64,000 bases of DNA from a virus (IMGVR_UViG_3300015607_004160); one strand, 5' to 3'. Shown: positions 39,158-49,130, counted from the first letter of the stretch. Notes: generated from the letters alone by a model not told the origin. Numbers and translations are program-made.

Positions 39158-39655
39158 TAGGTGTTTTTCAGTTATTATTATAAACTCAAATCCCTTTCTC
39201 TCACAATATTCTATCATATATTTCCACTTCGATAAGTTTTTATTCCACATTTTCAAAGCATATTCAAAATTTTTCAATTGTTTAGCAGTTGGTTTAATTG
39301 GTAATTTTGGTTCTACCGTTTCATTAGAAGCTTTTACTTCAGCAACAACTCTTGACACCGATCCATCTGATCTAGTTAATTCATAATAAAAATCTGGATA
39401 ATATCCATGTGATGTGGTTTCCATTTCTTTGGTCTTACTATTGTATTCAGTTTTTTCATATGGTATTCTTAAGTGTTCAGCTCCCCACACTTTAACACTT
39501 TCATTTGAATCCAAATATATCATCATCTTATGTTCTAAACCAGATCGGTAGAAAACCCCACCATATGAATTAGCTTTAATGAGTTTTTCTTTATTCTTTG
39601 GAGTGTAAAGACCTTGTTTATATTTACCTGGTTGTCTGGGTGCACTATTTAGCAT
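39146..39655 (-). CDS. Head completion nuclease (T4 gp4-like, TnsA-type fold)
   Basis: YKQGLY.PKN, YRSGLE, WGAE..IPY, YYPDFY, EVK, N..KW, FIIITE. Confidence 0.88.
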   Translation of the reverse strand: MLNSAPRQPGKYKQGLYTPKNKEKLIKANSYGGVFYRSGLEHKMMIYLDSNESVKVWGAEHLRIPYEKTEYNSKTKEMETTSHGYYPDFYYELTRSDGSVSRVVAEVKASNETVEPKLPIKPTAKQLKNFEYALKMWNKNLSKWKYMIEYCERKGFEFIIITEKHLSKN

Positions 39656-39686
39656 ACCACTTAAATTTTTTAATATATATTATATT

Positions 39687-40112
39687 ATGAAGTATCTCAA
39701 AAAATTTAATGAGTCAATTTCTATTATCGAAAGGGAAAAGTTCCAAAAGACATTTAAAGTTAATATAGAGGATATTGAAGATTATTTAACAGAGTTAAGT
39801 GATGACTATGATGTGTTTGTTTGTTCAATGAACAACCATCCAGTAACAAGAGCTCGAATTGTATCTTTTATCCCGGTTACCATCGATCCTTATTCATTTT
39901 CCATAATAATACAGGCTAAGTCGGAAGACGAATCATTTACTAAAGATTCAAGTAATTTTAATACTAATGCCGTTATGAAGATAATGTTGAGTTTTATAAA
40001 TAGAATTACTCATATATACCCACATATTAAATTTGATAAATATGAGTCCAAAGAATATAAAAGTGGTTTAAAATTAGTAGAATACATATTTAAAAGAAAT
40101 ATATTTACTTAA
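39687..40112 (+). CDS. CTS-bearing IEDYxxELSD family protein
   Basis: MKYLKKFNES; IEDIEDYLTELSD; TTAATATATA at 39670-39679. Confidence 0.7.
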   Translation: MKYLKKFNESISIIEREKFQKTFKVNIEDIEDYLTELSDDYDVFVCSMNNHPVTRARIVSFIPVTIDPYSFSIIIQAKSEDESFTKDSSNFNTNAVMKIMLSFINRITHIYPHIKFDKYESKEYKSGLKLVEYIFKRNIFT

Positions 40113-40804
40113 TGGCAGAATTGTTAGAAAGAATAAAATTAAGCAATTTAGTCCACGGTGATGGAATAGTAGAGAATTTTAAAAACAATTCTTTGTTCTT
40201 TTATAATGCCTATTCCAAATCAGATGAAAATATAATGAATATACCAATTGGTAAAATTCAATTGGGTGGATTTTATTTTCTACATTATATGGATGATTCT
40301 AATTGGATGAAATATTCTCCAATATTTACTATTGATTTTAAAAAGTTTGAAAACCTAATTATCATACATGGTGTTAATTTTAATTTCATACCATTAGAAA
40401 TAAGAGCTGCCATTTTTGATAAATTTATCTTAGAAGAAGATTTTGAAAATGATAGATTACTTAAAGTAACATATGAGGGTATGTATCGTGAATTACTAAA
40501 ATATGGATTTGAATATGCTATTGTTGAATATAATATGGCTCAAGTCAAAGCCGTACATAAAATATCCATGAGTATGGTCCCTAGATTTCTATACTCACAA
40601 CATCCTATAAATAAATATGATCCTAAAAAGTTATATGAAATATGGGAGGCAAAGATAGGTCAACAAGGGAAAAGACATCAAGAAATGTCTAAATCATTAG
40701 TAGACGAATTTTTTACTGCATCAGATGATATATTAGATAACTATAAATTATTAAAAAATCATATATTGAGAATACAAAAAAGTCTTGATAAATACGGGCA
40801 ATAA
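40112..40804 (+). CDS. DNA end protector-like protein (T4 gp2-like)
   Basis: GGFYFLHY, SPIF, GVNFNFIPLEIR; lies between gp4-like and portal genes. Confidence 0.6.
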   Translation: MAELLERIKLSNLVHGDGIVENFKNNSLFFYNAYSKSDENIMNIPIGKIQLGGFYFLHYMDDSNWMKYSPIFTIDFKKFENLIIIHGVNFNFIPLEIRAAIFDKFILEEDFENDRLLKVTYEGMYRELLKYGFEYAIVEYNMAQVKAVHKISMSMVPRFLYSQHPINKYDPKKLYEIWEAKIGQQGKRHQEMSKSLVDEFFTASDDILDNYKLLKNHILRIQKSLDKYGQ

Positions 40805-40875
40805 ACTTATTAATATATTAGAATATAAACAATATACTATTTTTTAATATATATGAAAAAATATTTAAAATTTAA

Positions 40876-42624
40876 ATGGCTTCATACAACTCACTGAACC
40901 AGTTACAACAACCTACTAATATTGCTTCCTCAGTAGAAAATAAAGGTTTATTTAATAGGTTACTAAGAAATCTTAGTTCATTTGGTATGAAATATGATGA
41001 CATGATCATCCGAAATACGGTGGGGGTTGGTATGAATGAGGATCCATACTCACAGAAAGGAAACTCAATGTATGACTTTTTTAGTCAAAAGGCAGTAGCT
41101 CAAGTTTTAAATAAAAAATCGATTCCGTATTTAGATAGGGCATATTCAGATAAAAGAAGGATTTTAAGGGAGTATTCAATTAAAGATGAAATAAGAGATT
41201 TTATATCAACTGTTGCTGATGAATCAATTGTTTATAATGATGATAGAGACTTTTGCTTTTTAAAGCCATTATCTAATGATTATTCACAAGATGTTAAAGA
41301 TAAATATACTGAATATTTTGAAAAAATTTATAACAAATTTGGATTCTCTGATGGTATAACATCTTGGAATATGATGAAAGATTTTCTAATTGATGGATAT
41401 GTTGCATTAGAAATTGTATGGGATGATAAGAAAAAGAATATTATTCATTTTAATAGAATGAGGCCAGAAACGCTAGTTCCTGCTTATGAGCCATCTATTG
41501 GTAATCTTTGGATTCAATATCCAGAAGACCCACAATTAAGAAGAATATTTTTAGATTCACAAATTGTATTTATATCATATTCTACACAACATGATTATTC
41601 TGAAACATCTTATGTTGAAGGATTAATCAAACCATACAATCAATTAAAGATAATTGAACAAACTAGAATTATGTTCAACGTTATTAATGCCACAGTTTAT
41701 CAAAAATTTACTATACCGATTAAAGGTTTACCTAGACAAAGAGCTGAAGAGCAAGTTGGACAATTAATATCTGATTACTCTGAAGAAGTAGAATGGGATG
41801 ACTCATTAGGAACATTGACTATAAATGGTACAAAACATCTTCCTTATAATAAACAAATATGGTTTCCTGAAGGTGAAGCTGGTACACCAAATATGGAGTT
41901 AGTATCACCAGAAGGTCATAATTTGAATGAGAGTGATATGCTAACTTGGTTTTATAACGCATTAAAAAGAGCCTCTAAAATACCATTCTCAAGATTTGAA
42001 AAAGAAAATGGTGGTGGTAATATCTTTTCAGACGCATCTGAGATGACTAGAGATGAGGTTAAATTTTCAAACTTTATTAATAGAATTAGATCCAATTTTA
42101 AAGAGCTTATTGTTAAATCACTTAGGCTTCAAATGTGTATGGAATTTCCTGAATTAAAAGATGATGAGATATTCCTAAATCAAATTGATATTTCATTTAA
42201 CTCAAATCAAATATTTGAAGAATGGAAAAAATTAGCTAATATGGAAAAAAGATCATCTATACTATCAAGTCTTTTAGGAATTCAAACTGCAGAAGGTCAG
42301 CCTTATTTCCATATCGAATATTTAATTGATAAGGTTATGAAATTAACACCAGAAGAAAAAGAAGAAAATAAAGCCTACTGGATTAAATCTAAAGGAGCTG
42401 GAAGTGCCCAAGGCGGTGAAGGCGGTGGAGAATTTGGTGGCGGTGAAGGAGGTGGAGAATTTGGTGGCGATGAAGGAGGAGAATTTGGTGGAGAGGGCGG
42501 TGGTGAATTTGGTGGACCTCAAGGCGGCGAATTTGGTGGGGAAGGCGGTGGTGAAACTCCTCCAGCACAAGGTGGCGGTGAAACTCCTCCTCCAGCACAA
42601 GGTGGTGGTGAGTTTGAATTCTAA
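40876..42624 (+). CDS. Portal protein (T4 gp20-like)
   Basis: FLIDG, SYVE..IKPYNQLKIIE, GLPRQRAEE, WFP, ASKIPFSRF, TRDEVKFSNFINRIR. Confidence 0.93.
   Translation: MASYNSLNQLQQPTNIASSVENKGLFNRLLRNLSSFGMKYDDMIIRNTVGVGMNEDPYSQKGNSMYDFFSQKAVAQVLNKKSIPYLDRAYSDKRRILREYSIKDEIRDFISTVADESIVYNDDRDFCFLKPLSNDYSQDVKDKYTEYFEKIYNKFGFSDGITSWNMMKDFLIDGYVALEIVWDDKKKNIIHFNRMRPETLVPAYEPSIGNLWIQYPEDPQLRRIFLDSQIVFISYSTQHDYSETSYVEGLIKPYNQLKIIEQTRIMFNVINATVYQKFTIPIKGLPRQRAEEQVGQLISDYSEEVEWDDSLGTLTINGTKHLPYNKQIWFPEGEAGTPNMELVSPEGHNLNESDMLTWFYNALKRASKIPFSRFEKENGGGNIFSDASEMTRDEVKFSNFINRIRSNFKELIVKSLRLQMCMEFPELKDDEIFLNQIDISFNSNQIFEEWKKLANMEKRSSILSSLLGIQTAEGQPYFHIEYLIDKVMKLTPEEKEENKAYWIKSKGAGSAQGGEGGGEFGGGEGGGEFGGDEGGEFGGEGGGEFGGPQGGEFGGEGGGETPPAQGGGETPPPAQGGGEFEF
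42412..42621 (+). repeat. Coding Gly/Glu repeat (GGEF/GGEG) in portal C-terminal tail
   Basis: Locally GC-rich GGTGGAGAATTT-like units. Confidence 0.8.
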
Positions 42625-43026
42625 TTACCTATATTTTTTGTTTAGAAGTTCTTTAGACTTAGATGGGTTGTCAACTCCCCATTTTTCTATCATGGTTTTT
42701 TGTATCTTTTTCTTGATCTCCTTGCTTTGAATTGGATAATCAACCCCATAGTTAAGGCTCAGTGATTTCTTTCTTTTATGTTCGGAACATTTTCGACAAT
42801 AGTATTCACCCCATTTATTACCATATTTAACGTAATTTTTAAAAATTACATCTTTAATAGTTCCACACTTATCACATTGGCAACTTATTTTTTGATGACT
42901 GCCTGTTGATAACAGTTCAATTGGTATTGTTAATTTATCACCAATTGATACATCGTATCCTAACTCTTCATAATAAGAATAGTTGGACTCGTTTATCTTT
43001 ATGGAAGCTTCTCTTGTTAATATCAT
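42625..43026 (-). CDS. Zn-finger/KYGV-repeat DNA-binding protein (endonuclease-derived, no nuclease domain)
   Basis: CDKC..CRKC, NYGVDYP, KWGVDNP. Confidence 0.6.
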   Translation of the reverse strand: MILTREASIKINESNYSYYEELGYDVSIGDKLTIPIELLSTGSHQKISCQCDKCGTIKDVIFKNYVKYGNKWGEYYCRKCSEHKRKKSLSLNYGVDYPIQSKEIKKKIQKTMIEKWGVDNPSKSKELLNKKYR

Positions 43027-43254
43027 TTTTTTAGTTTTTAAATTGTTCCTGTAAAAAAGTATCTATTTATAAAATAATTTAATAAATATTAAAATCACCA
43101 TTTTTTACGAAAATTTCAAGCTTAATTACATTATTAATGATTATTATAGGATTCAAATTTGGTAAAGTTTTTCCTTTGTCTATAAATAATCCACCTTTAA
43201 AATTTTGAGGTTTTTAGAGATGAATATATACTTTACAAAAATAAATTCAAATAA

Positions 43255-45435
43255 ATGAAACCAGTATTAATTGTTGAAAACAATACAACCCCACTTAGTA
43301 TGAATGAAAACGCTGAAGGCGCTAGTAAGAAAGACTATGTGTTAGGTGGTATATTTACTGAGTTTGGTGTTAAAAACAGAAATGAAAGAATTTACACTGC
43401 AGACAAATTTATTCCATGTTTAGATGAATTAAACGAAAGAATAAATACTATGGGTGTAGTTTATGGTGAATTCGATCATCCTGATGTATTTGATACTTCA
43501 TTATCAAGATCTTCTCACCTTATTCAAAAAGCATTTTATGTTAAGGAGAGCAATAGGGTTGATGGTCAAATTAGATTATTAAATACTTATTGGGGTAAAG
43601 AAGCAAAAGCATTAGTAGATGATGGTTGTCCAATGTTCGTTTCATCAAGAGCTGCTGGTATTACAGAAGCTAATGGAACAGTTACATTGAAGAAGTTATT
43701 CACTTACGACATTGTAGCTGACCCAGGTTTTGCTTCTGCTAGATTGACATCAGTAAATGAGTCATTTGGTTACACAGACAACGCTAACTTTAGGATATAT
43801 GAAATGTCCGACGAGTCAAAAATTAACGAACTATTCAACATGAACAAAAATGAATTCGTTACCAAAGATCAATTGACAGATTATTCTAAGTATATAATCA
43901 ATGAGATTGCATCTACTAAAAAGGAAGTTAAATCTGCCTTAAAAACTGGTAACTTAAATCCGAAAAAATTAGAGCAACTTTTAGAGTACTACGAAGAGTT
44001 AAACAAAACTAACGAGCAAGTTGTTAAGTATTTAGATTACTTAGCAGAAAAAGTTCAAGTTGTAGTTAATGAAAACAAATCATTAAAATCAACTACTGAA
44101 AAATTAGTAAGTCACAATGACTACTTAGCTGAAAATTTAGAAAAAGCTATTAATTATTCTGAATACTTAGCTGAAAGCTTAGATAAGAACATTACTTACT
44201 CTGAATACTTAGCTGAAAATATCGACAAAAACATTACTTATTCTGAATATTTAGCTGAAAATATCGACAAAAACATTACTTATTCTGAATATTTAGCTGA
44301 GAATCTTGATAAGAATATTGCTTATTCTGAATATATCGCTGAAAACTTGGATAAGAACATTGCATACTCTGAGTATATCGCTGAAAATCTTGATAAGAAT
44401 ATTTCTTATTCTGAATATTTAGCTGAACACTTAGATAACTCAATTGCTTATTCTGAATATTTAGCAGAGCATGTAGAAGGAAATATCGCATATTCCGAAT
44501 ACATTGCAGAACATTTAGATGATAACATTGCTTATTCTGAATATATCGCTGAAAACTTAGACAAAACTGTAACTTATGCAGGCATGATTTCTGAGAAATT
44601 AAACGGTGGTAAAGTATTCGAAAATAGTGGTGAATCATTCCCAACACTTAACGAAGCAGGATTTGAATTGCTTCCTGAAGAAGAAGAAGAAGACGAATAT
44701 GATGAAGAATTTCCTTTGGATGATGAATATACTTCCGAAGTAGGATTACCTGGTGAAGAAGAATTTGTTGAAGAAGAAGGATTACCTAGTTCTGAATTAC
44801 CTGGTGAAGAAGTTTTACCTGGTCAATTAGATAATCAGGAAGATTGTGATGAATGTGGTAATGAAGAAGTTGGTGAAGAAGAAAGAGTATTTGGTGAAAA
44901 TACTGAATATAATGGAGAATCAGATAGCGACCTATCTTTACAAATAGACAAACTAATCGAAGAAGCTAAAAAACGTAAAGTTTCTGAGTCAAACGATTTA
45001 AATTTCTTAAAATTCTTAAACAAGTCTCAAGTTGATAGTTATTATGAACTTTCTAACGATGAGCAAGAACAAGTTAAACTTTACATAAACGAAAAGAGTT
45101 ATTACTCAAGTTCTGATGTTTTAAAATTAATCTCTGAAGCACTTTCAGTTAAGAATGAATCAATTGAAGAAAAATTAGTCAGATTGATGCCTGAAAACAT
45201 TAAGCCAATCTGGAGTCAGCTAAATGAAGCATCTAGAAAATCTATCTTATCTCAAGCTAGATTATACCCAGAATTAAATACTGAATCAAAAGTAGAACAT
45301 TTCTGGTTAACTAGAAATCTCAAGAAAAATGAATCTGTAACTAAGAAGTTAGTCGCTCACGAAAGCCTAATACAAGAAGATAGACTTTCAGACAGTGAAG
45401 TTAACGCAATTATGGAAAGATTCAGAAGCATTTAA
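43255..45435 (+). CDS. Prohead protease (gp21-like) fused to a scaffold/core-like domain
   Basis: KNRNERIY, YGEFDHP, VSSRAAG, TYDIVADPGF; then coiled coil, 14-aa repeats and an acidic region; precedes the capsid gene. Confidence 0.9.
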   Translation: MKPVLIVENNTTPLSMNENAEGASKKDYVLGGIFTEFGVKNRNERIYTADKFIPCLDELNERINTMGVVYGEFDHPDVFDTSLSRSSHLIQKAFYVKESNRVDGQIRLLNTYWGKEAKALVDDGCPMFVSSRAAGITEANGTVTLKKLFTYDIVADPGFASARLTSVNESFGYTDNANFRIYEMSDESKINELFNMNKNEFVTKDQLTDYSKYIINEIASTKKEVKSALKTGNLNPKKLEQLLEYYEELNKTNEQVVKYLDYLAEKVQVVVNENKSLKSTTEKLVSHNDYLAENLEKAINYSEYLAESLDKNITYSEYLAENIDKNITYSEYLAENIDKNITYSEYLAENLDKNIAYSEYIAENLDKNIAYSEYIAENLDKNISYSEYLAEHLDNSIAYSEYLAEHVEGNIAYSEYIAEHLDDNIAYSEYIAENLDKTVTYAGMISEKLNGGKVFENSGESFPTLNEAGFELLPEEEEEDEYDEEFPLDDEYTSEVGLPGEEEFVEEEGLPSSELPGEEVLPGQLDNQEDCDECGNEEVGEEERVFGENTEYNGESDSDLSLQIDKLIEEAKKRKVSESNDLNFLKFLNKSQVDSYYELSNDEQEQVKLYINEKSYYSSSDVLKLISEALSVKNESIEEKLVRLMPENIKPIWSQLNEASRKSILSQARLYPELNTESKVEHFWLTRNLKKNESVTKKLVAHESLIQEDRLSDSEVNAIMERFRSI
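44113..44574 (+). repeat. 42-bp coding tandem repeat (YSEY[LI]AEx[LIV]DxN[IV]x), 10 units plus 1 degenerate unit
   Basis: Units run 44155-44574 with a degenerate unit at 44113-44154. Confidence 0.9.
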
Positions 45436-45479
45436 TCTATGAAAATAGACTAAAAAAAAACTAATCTACGAAAGTAGAC
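45433..45479 (+). promoter_or_regulatory. Tandem GAAA-tetraloop hairpins in the capsid gene leader
   Basis: TAATCTATGAAAATAGAC and TAATCTACGAAAGTAGAC, differing by a compensatory T-A/C-G pair. Confidence 0.55.
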
Positions 45480-45498
45480 AAAAAAACAAACAAAAAAA

Positions 45499-47184
45499 AT
45501 GTCACACATTAGAATAGACAAACAAAAAGCTTTCAAGAAATGGGCTCCTGTATTGGAGAACATGGGTGTTGTTAGCGAAGAAAAATTAGACTGGTTATCA
45601 GAATATGCTGAGTACCACTCTATCAATGAAAATGCATACCTTAACGCAGGTATCGCAGGTATGGGTTCAATAACCGCTCCTCAGCCTTCAACTTGGGCAG
45701 GTAGTACTATCGGTACTAACTGGTCTAGCCATGGTGGTCAAGTCGGTTCTGGTGATTTAGGTCAAAACCTTTTACCAGTAGCTATGAAAATTGCAGCTCA
45801 AACAATTGGTCTTGACCTTGTTGCTGTAAAACCTACTCCTGGTCCAAAAATCGACTTACTTTACATCGACTTCCAGTATGATGATAGTAATCTTGATAAC
45901 AATGAAAGACCTCAGGTTTTCAAAGTTAACGTTACTAGCACTAGTGAAGCTGCTGCTGTTGTTGCAGGTTTAACTGCTGCTTTAGTAAGTGCTTCAATCA
46001 CTCAAACTCAGGGTGGTTTAGCTGGTGGTAGATTATTCCAGAACATCAACACTGGTTCAACATCAACAACTGACCCAGCAACTAGTGGTGTTTCTAAACA
46101 ATATTGGACAGAATTCTTAGGATTCTCTCGTATTGATGGTTACCCAATGTTTAAGGCTTACAGACAAGCTAACGCTTTCGGTGCTGTAACTCCTAGCAGT
46201 GTAACTGGTCCTGCTCCTTGGGCATTTGACCAAACTAAAAACACTTTCAACCCAACTGCCTCTATGGTGGCTCAAATCACTTTACTTGGTGGTACTGCAG
46301 TTTCTGCATGTACAGTTGAATTAGTGTCTGCTCTTGAAGATCACATTCCTGGATTCGTATCTAACTGGACTAACGGTGGTACTTATCCAATGTCTCGTCA
46401 AGATGATGATAACAGCTACGCTGGTGTTATCGGACCTAAAGTTTCTTCTAAATCTATCGCAGTTGGTACTATTGAAGTATCTTCAGCTCTTAGAAGAAGT
46501 GAAATTGAAGATATCAAAGCTAACACTGGTATGGACATCGTTCAAAAGATGGAGTCTATCCTTGTTAATGAGTTATCTCAAACAATTTCTAAGCAAATCA
46601 TTGCTAAAATCTTCGAATTAGGTGCATTAAACAGAACATCTGCTCCTACGAGAGGTGGTAGTCCTTTATTTGACTTAGACACATCTTATGTTGGTACTTC
46701 TGGCCCAGGTGGTGAAACTACACACGCTGTACAAAGAAAACTTATCACTAAGTTAGTACACGCTTCTAACTTCATCGCAACTGAAGGTCGTGTTGGTCCT
46801 GCACAATTTGCAGTTACTAACGGAGGTCTTGCAGCAGCTTTCATGGATGTAGCTGGTTACACAATTAACCCTGCTAAATCTAAGATCAATGGTTCAGGTC
46901 AATTATACCCTGTAGGTCAAATCGGTGATATCACTGTTTATGTTGATCCTTACATGAAGTATAACGACAACAGAATCGTTCTTGGTAGAAAGAACAACCC
47001 TGATCAACCTGGTGTTATCTTTGTTCCATACTTAATGGCACAATCTATCAGCATCATTTCTGAAGCTACATTCGCTCCTAGAATGTTATTACGTTCAAGA
47101 TATGCAGTAGCTGAAGTTGGTTGGTTCCCACAAAAACAGTATATGCAACTTAACGTTACAGACGCTGGTGGATTCCTTAACTAA
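45499..47184 (+). CDS. Major capsid protein (T4 gp23-like)
   Basis: KKWAPVLE, IGLDLVAVKP, LVNELSQTISKQI, VYVDPY, GVIFVPY, TFAPRMLLRSRYA; strongly biased codon use. Confidence 0.95.
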   Translation: MSHIRIDKQKAFKKWAPVLENMGVVSEEKLDWLSEYAEYHSINENAYLNAGIAGMGSITAPQPSTWAGSTIGTNWSSHGGQVGSGDLGQNLLPVAMKIAAQTIGLDLVAVKPTPGPKIDLLYIDFQYDDSNLDNNERPQVFKVNVTSTSEAAAVVAGLTAALVSASITQTQGGLAGGRLFQNINTGSTSTTDPATSGVSKQYWTEFLGFSRIDGYPMFKAYRQANAFGAVTPSSVTGPAPWAFDQTKNTFNPTASMVAQITLLGGTAVSACTVELVSALEDHIPGFVSNWTNGGTYPMSRQDDDNSYAGVIGPKVSSKSIAVGTIEVSSALRRSEIEDIKANTGMDIVQKMESILVNELSQTISKQIIAKIFELGALNRTSAPTRGGSPLFDLDTSYVGTSGPGGETTHAVQRKLITKLVHASNFIATEGRVGPAQFAVTNGGLAAAFMDVAGYTINPAKSKINGSGQLYPVGQIGDITVYVDPYMKYNDNRIVLGRKNNPDQPGVIFVPYLMAQSISIISEATFAPRMLLRSRYAVAEVGWFPQKQYMQLNVTDAGGFLN

Positions 47185-47200
47185 TCCTCAGATTAGAAAT

Positions 47201-47229
47201 AAAAAACCCTCTCAATTGAGAGGGTTTTT
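47201..47229 (+). terminator. Terminator after capsid gene
   Basis: AAAAAACCCTCTCAATTGAGAGGGTTTTT. Confidence 0.8.
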
Positions 47230-47284
47230 TATTTAGTTAGATAAATAGTTGAAGGGTATCTCTATTAATTTAATATATACTAAT

Positions 47285-48046
47285 ATGATTACGGGAATTT
47301 ATAAAATCACATGTATTCCAAATAATAGAATATATATTGGATCGGCAAAAAATATAAAGATAAGATGGAATAGACATATTAATGATCTTAACTTAGATAA
47401 ACATATAAATATATATATGCAAAGATCATTCAATAAATATGGAATAGATAATTTTAAATTTGAGATAGTTGAAAAGTGTGATACAAATATTTTATTGATA
47501 CGAGAGCAATACTATTTGGATTTATATAAACCATATATAAATGGATTTAATATAGGAATTTCATCTTCCGGTGGTGATAATCTATCATACAATCCAAATA
47601 AAAAGGAAATATGTGATAAAATTAGTAAATCACTAATTTTAACTTTTTCCAATATGACTAAAGAAGAAAAAATTATTAAATTTTCAAAACCAATGGAGAA
47701 AAATCCGAATTGGCAAAATGGAAAATCAAAGATTGTTTATTATTGCGAATGTGGAAGAACTAAAAAGCAAAATACCAATAAATGCATTAAATGTTTTGAT
47801 AAATCTGGTGATAAAAATCCATTTTTTGGCAAGAAACACTCTAAAGAATCAATAGAAAAGATGTCAAAAAGTGCATTAACTAGAGGGTATAAAGGATCAC
47901 AGAACACACCTGTAATAATAAATGAAATTGAATATTCATCATTAGGAGAGGCTTCAAATCAACTAAACATACCAATAACAACAATAAGATGGAGAATTTT
48001 AAGTAAAAATAAAAAATACAAGGAGTATAAATATAAATCTATATAG
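47285..48046 (+). CDS. GIY-YIG homing endonuclease (Seg-like) with NUMOD3-type motif
   Basis: GIYKITC..IYIGSA..R, REQYYLD, NPFFGKKHSKES; start after TTAATATATA at 47270-47279. Confidence 0.9.
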   Translation: MITGIYKITCIPNNRIYIGSAKNIKIRWNRHINDLNLDKHINIYMQRSFNKYGIDNFKFEIVEKCDTNILLIREQYYLDLYKPYINGFNIGISSSGGDNLSYNPNKKEICDKISKSLILTFSNMTKEEKIIKFSKPMEKNPNWQNGKSKIVYYCECGRTKKQNTNKCIKCFDKSGDKNPFFGKKHSKESIEKMSKSALTRGYKGSQNTPVIINEIEYSSLGEASNQLNIPITTIRWRILSKNKKYKEYKYKSI

Positions 48047-48869
48047 CAATTTCTATATCTGATGATAACTTTTTTATTCCATTCACATTCTTAATATAGA
48101 AATCGTCAATACTAAAGTCATAAAAATCTTTCTTTGATTTCAGTTCAATATATGGGCAATCATTAATCGGCGATCTACTTAATATCTCTAATGCTGCATC
48201 ATAATGTCTATCATATATATGTAGGTTCTGAACAAAATGACAGAATTTGCCAACTTTATACCCCAGGTGTGAGGCAAACATCATTTGTAAAGAAACATAT
48301 TGTATTTTATTTATATATCCCGCCATTATATAATCGTTAGACCTCTGATTTAAAGTTAGATCTAAAAGTAAGTCATCATTTTTTTTTCTAACACTCCAAA
48401 TAGTCTCATAAGCACATGGATATAAACCTTTCGTTTCTCTTAGGTCATTTTCTTGATACAGATTTATGATATGTCTCCTAGAAAATGGATCATTTTTAAG
48501 ATTTTTTAGGATATTATTAACAAAATCATATTTTCTGATAGTTGCACCATATCGTTGTCCGATTGTTTTATCACCAATGTCCCATTCATTCCACCAATTA
48601 ATTCCCATATCCATAGCATCTTTTAAAGAGTTTGACTGCTTTTGATATATCCAAAGTATTTCCTTTATACCAGTTTTAATGGCAGTATTCCTCAATGTTG
48701 TTATTGGGAACTCTGCCTTGGAAATATCATATTCTTCAAAAACTTGTGTTATAAATTTACTATGTGCTGGTGTCCCATCTTTATATTTTGGTCGAGGATT
48801 AGAATCCAATGACCCCTCATTTATAATTTTTTTTAAATTTTCCTTATAGTAAAAATCTGCCTTATTCAT
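48039..48869 (-). CDS. thyA: Thymidylate synthase
   Basis: EILW, PFSRRH, LYPC, QRSND, N..QY, NLHIYDRH. Confidence 0.92.
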   Translation of the reverse strand: MNKADFYYKENLKKIINEGSLDSNPRPKYKDGTPAHSKFITQVFEEYDISKAEFPITTLRNTAIKTGIKEILWIYQKQSNSLKDAMDMGINWWNEWDIGDKTIGQRYGATIRKYDFVNNILKNLKNDPFSRRHIINLYQENDLRETKGLYPCAYETIWSVRKKNDDLLLDLTLNQRSNDYIMAGYINKIQYVSLQMMFASHLGYKVGKFCHFVQNLHIYDRHYDAALEILSRSPINDCPYIELKSKKDFYDFSIDDFYIKNVNGIKKLSSDIEIAI

Positions 48870-49129
48870 ATTAAATCATTTATTTTTTCGTTCCTAGCAT
48901 CAGAGATAGATCTATTATAATTACATTTATGACAATGTTCTATTTTTTCTGAATAGAAATTGATTTTATTAAATTCATGTGAACATTTAATTTGTAAAAA
49001 CATGGATTTATGATAATCATATATACTTTTCTTTTCAGATATTGAAAGATCAGACCACCAATCTTCTATATCCTTTGATAAAGATATGTTGTATTCCCTT
49101 GATTGATCCTCAGTTAGTGTTTGCATCAT
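48866..49129 (-). CDS. Small protein with C-terminal RNEK-type motif
   Basis: CSH..CHKC; ends RNEKINDLI; likely start MMQTL. Confidence 0.6.
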   Translation of the reverse strand: MMQTLTEDQSREYNISLSKDIEDWWSDLSISEKKSIYDYHKSMFLQIKCSHEFNKINFYSEKIEHCHKCNYNRSISDARNEKINDLI

Positions 49130-49130
49130 A

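Noticed and set aside
39146-39655. TnsA-like nuclease as evidence of a Tn7 element
   Set aside because: Motifs and position near gp2/portal fit T4 gp4 head completion protein; no tnsB or tnsC
42343-42730. Alternative-frame ORFs over the portal tail
   Set aside because: Produced by the stop-poor Gly/Glu repeat
43027-43254. Long intergenic gap as a tRNA/ncRNA or replication origin
   Set aside because: No cloverleaf, strong stem or iterons seen; only AT-rich sequence with a promoter-like GAATATATA at 43222-43230
44113-44574. Regular 42-bp repeats resembling a CRISPR array
   Set aside because: No unique spacers; variation is mostly synonymous within an open frame; no cas genes
47185-48869. Group I intron linking the GIY-YIG gene to thyA or the capsid gene
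   Set aside because: Both neighbours are uninterrupted; the endonuclease is free-standing with its own promoter motif
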